In this document: positions 24,135-32,000 of the stretch, piece after piece
How positions within the stretch are numbered: position 1 is the first letter of the stretch
Layout: every line of letters starts with the position of its first letter
Source of the DNA: Vibrio phage vB_VhaS-tm
Strand: one strand, 5' to 3'
Sequence record: KX198614.1
DNA: 32,000 nt
Position numbers and translations under genes: made by a program
Notes under the pieces: generated by a model
Database searches by the model: none
Seen by the model: the letters and a program-made list of their open reading frames with translations, nothing else
Told to the model about the DNA's origin: nothing

Positions 24135-24938
24135 TTACGTAAATGAACTTCCACCAAACGGGTTTTTAATTGGGATATAAGGCCAACCCCCGTAATTAAT
24201 ATAATTGTTAAATTTATTTTTACAAGTATCTATTGAGTGATCGCAGCCTGGCAAAAGGGTTACTCGTTCGCCTGGCTGTGCATTCGGGTGCGGCCTCGAT
24301 ATTGTGATTTCACCTTGCGCTTCGTGTTTGGTAATTAATCGCGTTGTACCGTCCGAGAATATCACCATACCTGCCGTGTAATAACCAATCGCAGCAGCTT
24401 CACCGCTCAGCGTAATATCCATCACGTTAACTGCGTCTATTTTAGCAACCTTACGGAAGTTCACTTCATCAACCTTGCACCCACGATCGAAAACTTCATG
24501 TCGACAGGTTTTCTCGTAACGGGCTCGTAACCCCGCACGTTTGAGTGACGTAAACACTGACTCACAGTCAACCTTTATTTCATTGTCTTGCGCTTTAGTG
24601 GTTACGATACGTCCTTTCCAGTAGACACTTACGTTTTCCACATGGTTGCCAACCAAATGCCCGCGAAACAGCGTGACAACCATTGGAATTTCAAGCGTCG
24701 AGCCTATAAGCTCAACGGCTAACGGGTCAGTTCGCGGTAACGATAACGTTAACGTACCTTTAAAAGAGTCGTCACTTGTTTCCACTTCATCGCGTGTGAC
24801 GTTTAACGGCTTGAATATAAAATTGTTAAACGAAACAGGTTTAGCGTGTGACGTATAGTGCCGCGAAGAAACGCCTTGGTCTATTTGGTACATTTCAACA
24901 GGGCGTCCTGTTATGTAACTTGTGTCAGCTAAGCTCAT
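24135..24938 (-). CDS. Phage_BR0599/DUF2163-like tail assembly protein
   Basis: C-terminal 'LPGCDHSIDTCKNKFNNYINYGGWPYIPIKNPFG'. Confidence 0.65.
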   Translation of the reverse strand: MSLADTSYITGRPVEMYQIDQGVSSRHYTSHAKPVSFNNFIFKPLNVTRDEVETSDDSFKGTLTLSLPRTDPLAVELIGSTLEIPMVVTLFRGHLVGNHVENVSVYWKGRIVTTKAQDNEIKVDCESVFTSLKRAGLRARYEKTCRHEVFDRGCKVDEVNFRKVAKIDAVNVMDITLSGEAAAIGYYTAGMVIFSDGTTRLITKHEAQGEITISRPHPNAQPGERVTLLPGCDHSIDTCKNKFNNYINYGGWPYIPIKNPFGGSSFT

Positions 24939-26584
24939 TAATCCTCCGGTACTGCAACAATAGGCGCTGAAACGTCAATCATACCCGAATCCCTATGTTG
25001 GAATTCAAAGCGATCTGTGTCAAAGCGCATTAAATTCAACCTGCAAATACGAACAACGTCATCCATCGGCTTGTCCGCTAACGCGGGCTCAATAAAGAAC
25101 GTATCGTGGTCAGGGCCGCGCGAAGTACCTGTTACTTTTGTAAAGCTGCGCGAACCGTCGACGTACTCTAACATGACGTGGAAAGGTCTAAAGAATAAGG
25201 TTGCATCGTTAAACTCCACGCCAAGCCAACCGTCACTCTGCTTAATGTCAACAGCAAGACTGAAATCATTGTTCCAAGATGGTACAAAAAACTCACCTTG
25301 TTTACCGCGACAGTAATCTAAGAAGTTGCGCACGCGTTCAAATTCCGCGCGATCGTTACAACTCCAACGCAAATCGCTTCGGGTTTGGGATTCCCAATCG
25401 TATTCTTGGAAGTCGCTATACATACCAACAACTGAATCAACCCGATCTATGTCGTAACCGAATCGCCCACTTGCACGTGAACCACCCATTAAAATTGGAT
25501 CTGTAATAACAGGACACGATTGGTATACGGGGAACGGATTGCTTGCATTTAAGGTATCGTCTAATTTTTCCCAAACAGCTTGAGCAACAGAAACCCCCAT
25601 TGCAGTCCTAACAATGCTTATCGGTTGTTGATGTTTTTGCAATTCAATAACTAATACCGTTGCATCATTATACGGATGCGTAACCGCATCTATAAATTCA
25701 ACGTTATCTTGGGAAACTGCTTTAATAGGACGAACTTCAAAAGTACGGTTATTCTCGTAAATGAATGCAAAACCCTTTGCGGTTAAACCTAGCGAAATAC
25801 CATCTATTGGTAAGTTCATTACACCTTTAGCAATTGGGCCAACGCGCATAAATCTAGTCCAATCAGGTACAGCGTAAATCTGGTTAACCCATACTTTATC
25901 ATGTGACCACATATTAGACAAATCTTGATCGCCCAACATGTACGAATGGCTCACTGTTTTACGCGGCCCATGTCTTAATGACAAACGTTGCTCACGCTTG
26001 CGCGTGCGAATTACATCGGTTAACCATTCACGCGACTCTATGAACCCGCCCTGCGGAATGTAAGGCCATGGTACAATACGCGACCCCGTTACAGTTATTG
26101 TCACGCCTTTAACCAATGGAGTTGTTTTCCATTCGTATTTAGCATCAATAAGTGTGTCGGTTTGTAAGCCGATATTTAGAATATACTTCGCAAAGCCTTG
26201 GGATGGGATAATATCCTTTATATTCCCACCCTCGCGAGTAAGTATCATGCCGCGTGTACCCGTTTGCACAATATCATTAATTTGCAAAGGAGTTAGGAAA
26301 GTATGCCACATCTCAAAGGTTCGAACTGTAGCGTCTGCGCTCACTCCCAAATTGACTTCTTTCGGGTTTAGGAACACAGTGTTTTTAATTTCCTCCCATA
26401 CACTTTCATAAGCGTTCGCGGAAGCGTCAGCTTTCGGGTTAATCATGTCAACCCGATTGCTTTTTGTAACTCCCACGTAACCCCCTGCAAAAACGTAAGG
26501 AGTTGGAATTGGCTTCGGTGGATCAGGTTTTACAGATTTCCAGAATGTGCCACCGTAAGCAATAACTTGAACTACGTCTGTCAT
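24938..26584 (-). CDS. Tail/baseplate protein, 548 aa
   Basis: Position in the tail cluster; overlapping stop/start with both neighbours. Confidence 0.55.
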   Translation of the reverse strand: MTDVVQVIAYGGTFWKSVKPDPPKPIPTPYVFAGGYVGVTKSNRVDMINPKADASANAYESVWEEIKNTVFLNPKEVNLGVSADATVRTFEMWHTFLTPLQINDIVQTGTRGMILTREGGNIKDIIPSQGFAKYILNIGLQTDTLIDAKYEWKTTPLVKGVTITVTGSRIVPWPYIPQGGFIESREWLTDVIRTRKREQRLSLRHGPRKTVSHSYMLGDQDLSNMWSHDKVWVNQIYAVPDWTRFMRVGPIAKGVMNLPIDGISLGLTAKGFAFIYENNRTFEVRPIKAVSQDNVEFIDAVTHPYNDATVLVIELQKHQQPISIVRTAMGVSVAQAVWEKLDDTLNASNPFPVYQSCPVITDPILMGGSRASGRFGYDIDRVDSVVGMYSDFQEYDWESQTRSDLRWSCNDRAEFERVRNFLDYCRGKQGEFFVPSWNNDFSLAVDIKQSDGWLGVEFNDATLFFRPFHVMLEYVDGSRSFTKVTGTSRGPDHDTFFIEPALADKPMDDVVRICRLNLMRFDTDRFEFQHRDSGMIDVSAPIVAVPED

Positions 26585-27576
26585 TATGCGTTACCAACCA
26601 AGAAAGCAAGTGCGGGAGTGTTCGTAAGTGGTTTACCTAACGTCGGGAAAACTACGTACTTCTTACCGTTGTAAATAACCTCACCTCCAACGCCCATATA
26701 TTGCATGGTCGTAGCTTTGATTGTTTCAAATTGACCATTAACGGTAAAGTTATACGCAACACGATCTTTGGTAGGTTCTTTAAAACACCAAAGCCCCGGC
26801 ACAAAATATGTCGTAATTGAAGGCGCAAAAAACAATAAATTATCAATTTCCTGATACAAACCCGCAATTGGGGTGTAATTACCGTTTTCGCCGGGATAAA
26901 ATCCAACACCACTGTAACCAGTGTCATCCGTAGTATCGTCATCGTATCCGCAAGTGCCCGCTAATTTGAAAGCACTCCCGCCTTTAGTTATCAAAATGCG
27001 TCCGGTGCGTTGACCCCTATATTCACGGTCTGTGTGGAAACACAAGGAACGGCCTGAAGTTTTAGAATTTGTTGAACCAACAGCTTCGTAGAACCATAAT
27101 TTAGAATCGCCAATTTGCGCGTTATCGTTTCTTAAATGTGAGAAAACACATCCAATCCAAGTAGTTTCATCCGTATGGTTACTTAAAGCCCAAATAAAGC
27201 TTTCATCTAAATCACTTTTGACAATACGCAACTTGCCCGGAAATGTAGAAGGCATACGGTTTCCGCTGAAGTTATACTGCGAGTGTTGACCACAATAGTT
27301 AGTTTGCTTCAACCCGCTGACATCTGAAGCCCCCGACGCGTGTTCTGTACCACAAGTTGTTTGGACAGCTTCGGTGTATCTGCTCCGTTTAGTTGAGTAT
27401 TTAAACCATTCAAAGCTCCAACGAATATAGAAACCGTCGCGTGCTTTTACAATGACAATATATGAGCTACCCGACGCAGCGTTATAAACAACATCATAAC
27501 CCAAGGCGGCCAAACCTTCCGCAAGCGCAGCCCCCAAAGCCGCGCGGTCTGCGTAATCTTTTTCAAACTTAGCCAT
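26584..27576 (-). CDS. Virion-associated protein of unknown function, 330 aa
   Basis: Position between the tape measure and baseplate genes, coupled start/stop. Confidence 0.5.
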   Translation of the reverse strand: MAKFEKDYADRAALGAALAEGLAALGYDVVYNAASGSSYIVIVKARDGFYIRWSFEWFKYSTKRSRYTEAVQTTCGTEHASGASDVSGLKQTNYCGQHSQYNFSGNRMPSTFPGKLRIVKSDLDESFIWALSNHTDETTWIGCVFSHLRNDNAQIGDSKLWFYEAVGSTNSKTSGRSLCFHTDREYRGQRTGRILITKGGSAFKLAGTCGYDDDTTDDTGYSGVGFYPGENGNYTPIAGLYQEIDNLLFFAPSITTYFVPGLWCFKEPTKDRVAYNFTVNGQFETIKATTMQYMGVGGEVIYNGKKYVVFPTLGKPLTNTPALAFLVGNA

Positions 27577-28403
27577 TAAATCAACTCCATTGCAAGGTAA
27601 TCACCTTGACCCGCCCGATAAACGTTTTGCACAACTAAGAAACTTCGACCGTTTTGCTGTACAACCTGCCCGTGTGATAAACCAAATCCTGAAAGGCCGT
27701 AACAACCGTAGAGCTCACCTACAATGTTTTCACCTTCAATTCGCATTAACACTTGAAGAATACTTACTATGTTGTCAGTTCTTGGTAAAGATTGCGTTGT
27801 GATGCGCGTATCCATACACGGCCACAAATAGGTCATTTTTTTCCAATCGCCTAGGCGGTTTTGAACTTGTGTTGCATTACTGCCGCGTACGAACTGCCAT
27901 GCGCTAAAATCATCACCCTGTGAAGACCAACGAGCATCCACGTCCGTACCTACACCAAAGCAACACAAAGGATTGTTCCAGTGACCGCGCGACGTGAAAG
28001 CTCGGAAGGTGCCGCCATAATAATATTGCGAAGTGCCCGATACCGTAGCAATAACTTTAATGTGGTCAGCGTTGACAATAAAGTAATATTCAATATCCGC
28101 ATCCCACAAATACACAGCGCGCTGATTAGAAGCTTCAGACATTGCGTCGAACGTGCTATCGATCCAAATAGCGGAAGCGCGCACACGCCAATTAAACGCG
28201 TCACTTGCTGTAAGGGTGTTAGTTTCAAAAGCTAGATGTATGGAATCTTGCCCTGTCTGACCCGTGGACTTTAGAACTAAAAAGTGCTCCCCGTCAGCGG
28301 GGGCACTCCATTTAACAGATGTCCAACCGTTACTAAGTGCAAAAGTTCGAAGTTTAGCAAGTAGGTCTTTATGACCCATTGCAGTTCCTTTCTGGTACGC
28401 CAT
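27576..28403 (-). CDS. Virion-associated protein of unknown function, 275 aa
   Basis: Position immediately downstream of the tape measure gene. Confidence 0.5.
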   Translation of the reverse strand: MAYQKGTAMGHKDLLAKLRTFALSNGWTSVKWSAPADGEHFLVLKSTGQTGQDSIHLAFETNTLTASDAFNWRVRASAIWIDSTFDAMSEASNQRAVYLWDADIEYYFIVNADHIKVIATVSGTSQYYYGGTFRAFTSRGHWNNPLCCFGVGTDVDARWSSQGDDFSAWQFVRGSNATQVQNRLGDWKKMTYLWPCMDTRITTQSLPRTDNIVSILQVLMRIEGENIVGELYGCYGLSGFGLSHGQVVQQNGRSFLVVQNVYRAGQGDYLAMELI

Positions 28404-30823
28404 TATGCCACCATTGTCTTAATAGTTCGACCGTTACGTCGTACAACATTCATAATTATTTTCTCCCCTTCAGTAGAGCCCATGTACTCTGCCATTAAAG
28501 ATGGGTCTACAGAGTTAATAATACGTATGTTTGTCGGACTTGGCAAGGCTTGCGGAGCTGACGCGGGAGCGGTATTATCCCCGCCTTTGTCGCTATCCAT
28601 CGGAGCACCTTGTCGCATACGTTCCAAGTTATCGCGACCGATACGACGCGTTGCAGCAGCGTCAAAGACGTATTCTTGCCCGTGTACTACACCCGCAACG
28701 TCGTCAACACCACCATCGCCCGTGTAACCCCCTTTGCGGTAACCTTGCATCTGAACACCTTGGATGGTGTTTACAATGCCCGCAGTAGCAGCAACAGTTG
28801 ACGCAATTGCGCCTAGGTTAGCTGGCCATGGTAACGATGCAGCGTTTGCAATACCTTGCTGAATTTTCATAATTGAGTCAGCAATGGCGAACGCTTTAGA
28901 TGCTGCAAACATAACGCGGTAGATACCGCTTTGCTCACCCGCAAACGTTTTCGCAAGATCAGCCATTGCGCCGAAACCTTGCGCACTAGCTTGAACAACA
29001 GTTCGCATTCTTTGCTGTTCTAATCCTTCAATAAGCTCATTACGCTTTTGCGTAAGTTCTGCTTCAAGCTCAGTGCGTTGCTCTTCGGTAAGCTGTACGT
29101 TCTCAAGGATGATTTCGCGTCGGCGTGCATATTGCTCTTCAATTGCAGCCAATTGCTCGTCATACGTTTCGGGCGTGTCAAATATACCGCCAGTAGCTTC
29201 TTCAGCAAACTGCTCATTTAGACGCTTTTTAAGATCTGCTTGCTGTTGCGAACCTTCTTCGGTATTCTCAAGGATAATTGCGAGGCGTCGGTTGTAGCTT
29301 TCTTGGATGCGTTCTTCTTCAGTGCGTAACGAATCCACCAAGGCGTCAAAACGACGTTGCTGAGCCTTTTTCTGCGCTTCAGTTTGTTGGTCTTCACCCT
29401 CTTCAGTTGTGCCACCTGTTTTAAATTGCTCTAAACGGTCACCCGCATTAGCTTGTCGAGCTTTCTTCTCTTTCTCATACTCTTCGCGGAGTTGTTGTGC
29501 TTTTTCAATTTGCTTATTGTAAGAATCAAGTGCTGTGTCATATTCCGCTTTGATTTCACCAATTGCAGCGCGACGAACCTTGCTAATAGCTTCAGCTTGC
29601 TTGGTAGCTTTACCCCACGCGTCACCTGAAGTCTTAGCGTATTCGCCTTCAATACGCGCAAGCTCACCTTCTAGGTCAAAACCACCTTCCGCGAACGGGT
29701 TAAGTGCTTCACCTATTGCGACGCCGTAAGCTTTCGCTTTAGCAACCAACTCATCGAACTTGGCCACAATTACGTCGACAAATGCTTCGCCGTAAACTTT
29801 ACCGTACTCAATAAGTGATGCGAGCTCTATACCCATTAGTTGCACAGCCAGGCGCAAGTTCTCCGGCAGGTTAACAAACGAGTCAACAATGAAGTCTATT
29901 GCCGCAGTACCGTAAGCCTTCCACTCTTCAGGCACTTGAGCCCATAGGTCGTTCATTACGCCCATGCCTTCGTCGAAGTCGCGCACGAAGCCGTCAAACT
30001 TACTCGCAATTGCGGTCAAGTAACCCGTCATTTCGCCGGATGCAAGCATGTCGTTGAGCTCTTGCAATCCGTCAATTGCTAAGCGAACACCGCTTTCAAT
30101 TGTGTCACCAACGCCTTGCTGACTCACATTAAGCCATAGCTTGTTCCACTCGTCCCCTAAGTTGGAAATAGCACCGTCAAGGGTGTCCATTCGCTCAGCC
30201 ATTGCGCCCGCGAAATTGTTCTCACCTAAACGGATAAGGTATTCTTCAATTTCTTCAGCGTTGAACTTAACCGTTTCAGTTACGCCGCGGAAAGTAAATG
30301 CAACTTCGTCACCGTTCTTTTTAGAGCGGATACCAAACTCTTTAAGACGTTCAAATTCGCCAGTGGTTGCGTCTGCTACCGCTTCCACCATCTGAATCAT
30401 GTCTTTACCCATAGCTGACGCGGTATCGCCATATGAACGCATTGCGCGCTCACTAGGGGTTAAGCCTAAGTTAACAAGCTTTGAGAAGCCTTCAGTGGCT
30501 TGTTGCAAGTCGTAAGGGGTTTCAGTTGCAAAGTCTTGGATAGCTTCAAAAGCAACGGCAGCACGCTCCGCGCTACCCGTTGCAGTGATTAGCTGTGCGT
30601 TAAGCACATCGAATTGACGGGTAACTTCGACCGTCTTGGTGAGTGCTGCCACAGCTCCGGCAGCAATAGCGGCAGGGCCAGCGAAACGCTTAAACGCACC
30701 CATTAGGCCGTCTGTTGCACGTTCCGCTCCGGCGCCTGTTTTTTGCAGCTTCTTAAGACGCTTTTCAGCTACGTCAGCCTCAAGCGACTCAATGCGTATT
30801 TGTAAGCGGGCTAAATCAGTCAC
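28403..30823 (-). CDS. Tail tape measure protein, 806 aa
   Basis: N-terminal 'LQIRIESLEADVAEKRLKKLQKTGAGAERATDGLMGAFKRFAGPAAIAAGAVAAL...DVLNAQLITATGSAERAAVAFEAIQDFATETPYDLQQATEGFSKLVNLGL', coiled-coil middle. Confidence 0.9.
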   Translation of the reverse strand: MTDLARLQIRIESLEADVAEKRLKKLQKTGAGAERATDGLMGAFKRFAGPAAIAAGAVAALTKTVEVTRQFDVLNAQLITATGSAERAAVAFEAIQDFATETPYDLQQATEGFSKLVNLGLTPSERAMRSYGDTASAMGKDMIQMVEAVADATTGEFERLKEFGIRSKKNGDEVAFTFRGVTETVKFNAEEIEEYLIRLGENNFAGAMAERMDTLDGAISNLGDEWNKLWLNVSQQGVGDTIESGVRLAIDGLQELNDMLASGEMTGYLTAIASKFDGFVRDFDEGMGVMNDLWAQVPEEWKAYGTAAIDFIVDSFVNLPENLRLAVQLMGIELASLIEYGKVYGEAFVDVIVAKFDELVAKAKAYGVAIGEALNPFAEGGFDLEGELARIEGEYAKTSGDAWGKATKQAEAISKVRRAAIGEIKAEYDTALDSYNKQIEKAQQLREEYEKEKKARQANAGDRLEQFKTGGTTEEGEDQQTEAQKKAQQRRFDALVDSLRTEEERIQESYNRRLAIILENTEEGSQQQADLKKRLNEQFAEEATGGIFDTPETYDEQLAAIEEQYARRREIILENVQLTEEQRTELEAELTQKRNELIEGLEQQRMRTVVQASAQGFGAMADLAKTFAGEQSGIYRVMFAASKAFAIADSIMKIQQGIANAASLPWPANLGAIASTVAATAGIVNTIQGVQMQGYRKGGYTGDGGVDDVAGVVHGQEYVFDAAATRRIGRDNLERMRQGAPMDSDKGGDNTAPASAPQALPSPTNIRIINSVDPSLMAEYMGSTEGEKIIMNVVRRNGRTIKTMVA

Positions 30824-31118
30824 TTGTTCTGACCCTCCAGTAAATCCTATCCAGTTGCATTATTACTTCAACTTCACTAGGAAGTAGATGCGTGTTAGTA
30901 AGGTCAGACCAACTTTTGAGCTCAATGTATGTTAATGGATCAGACCCTTTGACATCAAAATACCAGTTAAGCACGTAAGCAAGTTCGGCAGGGATATCGG
31001 GCAATTCACGGAGCTGCTTAGGTTTGTGGCCAGTCTGTTTATAGACCTGCTCAAGATGGTCGCGAAGTGGAACTTTGGAACCCTTTGGGCACTTTTCAAG
31101 TTTGCACGTCGCTTCCAT
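30816..31118 (-). CDS. Second part of tail assembly chaperone (T-like), probably expressed as a -1 frameshift extension
   Basis: Position before the tape measure gene. Its frame is open upstream through the predicted slip site. Confidence 0.7.
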   Translation of the reverse strand: MEATCKLEKCPKGSKVPLRDHLEQVYKQTGHKPKQLRELPDIPAELAYVLNWYFDVKGSDPLTYIELKSWSDLTNTHLLPSEVEVIMQLDRIYWRVRTSD

Positions 31119-31141
31119 CCAATCATAGAGCTGGCTGACCT

Positions 31142-31501
31142 TTAGCCGAAAAAACTTTTACGGTTTGCCGCGTAGCGGTTCACCATGTCTGCAATCTGTG
31201 GCGCTTCGCGTAGGAAGTTGACCACATTATCCGGCGTGCATTCCTGATCAAACGACCAGTCAACGACCAGTGCAGCAATACAGCCCAATTCAGCTTCGCG
31301 TACGGCTTCAGCACGTTCTTTCGTGTCTTCAATCTGCGCGAACTCAATTGCTTTGCGTTTAGCAGCGCGTTCAGCTTCTTTGAACTGGTCGCTGTCTACA
31401 CCGCGAATTTGAATCCAATGTTCGCTAGGCTCACCGTTTGGTAGGTATAGCGGAACTTTCTTGCCTTCGTTTGCTTTTTGACGGGTGAAAAACTCTTGCA
31501 T
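31142..31501 (-). CDS. Tail assembly chaperone (G-like), 119 aa
   Basis: Acidic/charged small protein between the tail tube-like gene and tape measure, ending at a slippery heptamer. Confidence 0.7.
   Translation of the reverse strand: MQEFFTRQKANEGKKVPLYLPNGEPSEHWIQIRGVDSDQFKEAERAAKRKAIEFAQIEDTKERAEAVREAELGCIAALVVDWSFDQECTPDNVVNFLREAPQIADMVNRYAANRKSFFG
31148..31154 (-). promoter_or_regulatory. Programmed -1 ribosomal frameshift site T TTT TTC
   Basis: Minus-strand reading ...CGT AAA AGT TTT TTC GGC TAA in the G-like frame. The -1 frame continues CGG CTA AAG GTC AGC CAG CTC TAT GAT TGG ATG GAA... without a stop. Confidence 0.75.
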
Positions 31502-31513
31502 GGTTTTATTCTC

Positions 31514-32000
31514 TTATCTATTACCAATAATGTCGATCGGACGTGCTTGACCAGTTGCCCAATGCGAGTGTAGAAGTTTAGTTAATGCTTCATTAGTGAC
31601 TTGGTACTTGTCGCCCACTTTAGCAAGTGTATAACTTTGACCTGCATATACTAATGTGACGGTTTTATAGTTAGTGTGTCCATCTAACGCAACAAGCACA
31701 ACGTTGTCTGTTGTGCGTGCTTCAACTTGTGAAACTGGTTCAGTGCCTCCTTTAACGGTTGCAGGTACAAGAGCACCGTGATTCTCGTCTATACCCACAA
31801 TTGTCCCACCTGCCCAAATGTCTGGAACGATCTTGTGATAGCTAACCTTTAAGGCTTTAGTTGCTTTCACGCCGCTTTTGACATCGGTTGCTGTAATGGT
31901 AACTGAACCCGCTTGCTTAGCTTTAGCAAAACCGTGCATATTCACGCTCATTGTTGCATCCGATGAACTGGAATATGACACGGTACTGAGTCGACTACCT
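31514..32000 (-). CDS. Probable major tail (tube) protein, partial, with an Ig-like (BIG2-type) segment
   Basis: Open to the window edge. 'GSRLSTVSYSSSSDATMSVNMHGFAKAKQAGSVTITATDVKSGVKATKALKVS' matches the BIG2-style pattern; position upstream of the chaperones. Confidence 0.6.
   Translation of the reverse strand, partial: GSRLSTVSYSSSSDATMSVNMHGFAKAKQAGSVTITATDVKSGVKATKALKVSYHKIVPDIWAGGTIVGIDENHGALVPATVKGGTEPVSQVEARTTDNVVLVALDGHTNYKTVTLVYAGQSYTLAKVGDKYQVTNEALTKLLHSHWATGQARPIDIIGNR

Noticed and set aside
24160-24240. Apparent AT-rich intergenic gap
   Set aside because: Translation shows it encodes the conserved C-terminus 'GCDHSIDTCKNKFNNYINYGGWPYIPIKNPFGGSSFT' of the 24135-24938 protein.
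1-32000. CRISPR arrays, tRNAs, rRNAs, transposons, integrase, toxin-antitoxin or abortive-infection genes
   Set aside because: Looked for by eye; no regularly spaced repeats, cloverleafs or recognisable protein motifs were seen. A tRNAscan-SE and CRISPR search would be needed to exclude them formally.

Overview
The window is part of a tailed-phage genome, most likely a siphovirus. This is inferred from a long tape measure, lambda-G/GT-like chaperones and a baseplate/tip cluster. The left arm (+ strand, ~1.2-21.2 kb) carries replication, recombination and DNA-modification genes. These are a small HTH protein, an NrS-1-like primase/DUF3987 helicase, a MazG-like NTPase, a Sak4-like ATPase, a DUF669-type SSB with a Gln-rich tail, a VUT-family queuosine-precursor transporter-like protein, a Cas4/RecB-like nuclease and a RadD-like SF2 helicase. 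They are followed by three tandem paralogs sharing an 'IWD...TQY.RWR.F' domain, then queE-queC-(small ORF)-queD-(40-aa TM ORF)-folE-dpdA, a sliding-clamp-like protein and a family B DNA polymerase. The right arm (- strand, ~32.0-21.2 kb) carries tail genes. The two arms converge on a strong hairpin terminator at ~21.2 kb. Main points of interest: (1) a complete GTP-to-preQ0 pathway plus the phage-type DpdA transglycosylase, translationally coupled to the clamp and polymerase, with a VUT-like transporter elsewhere. (2) A predicted -1 frameshift (T TTT TTC) joining the two tail assembly chaperone ORFs. (3) A ~790-bp non-coding control/origin-like region with nested palindromes and GGTTAC inverted repeats. 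(4) A recurring family of short G-led intergenic hairpins, two of which overlap sigma70-like promoters and show a compensatory base-pair change. (5) Two small ORFs embedded in the preQ0 cassette, one of them absent from the ORF track. No tRNA, CRISPR array, integrase or transposon was recognised. All family assignments come from motif recognition by eye; no database search was run.
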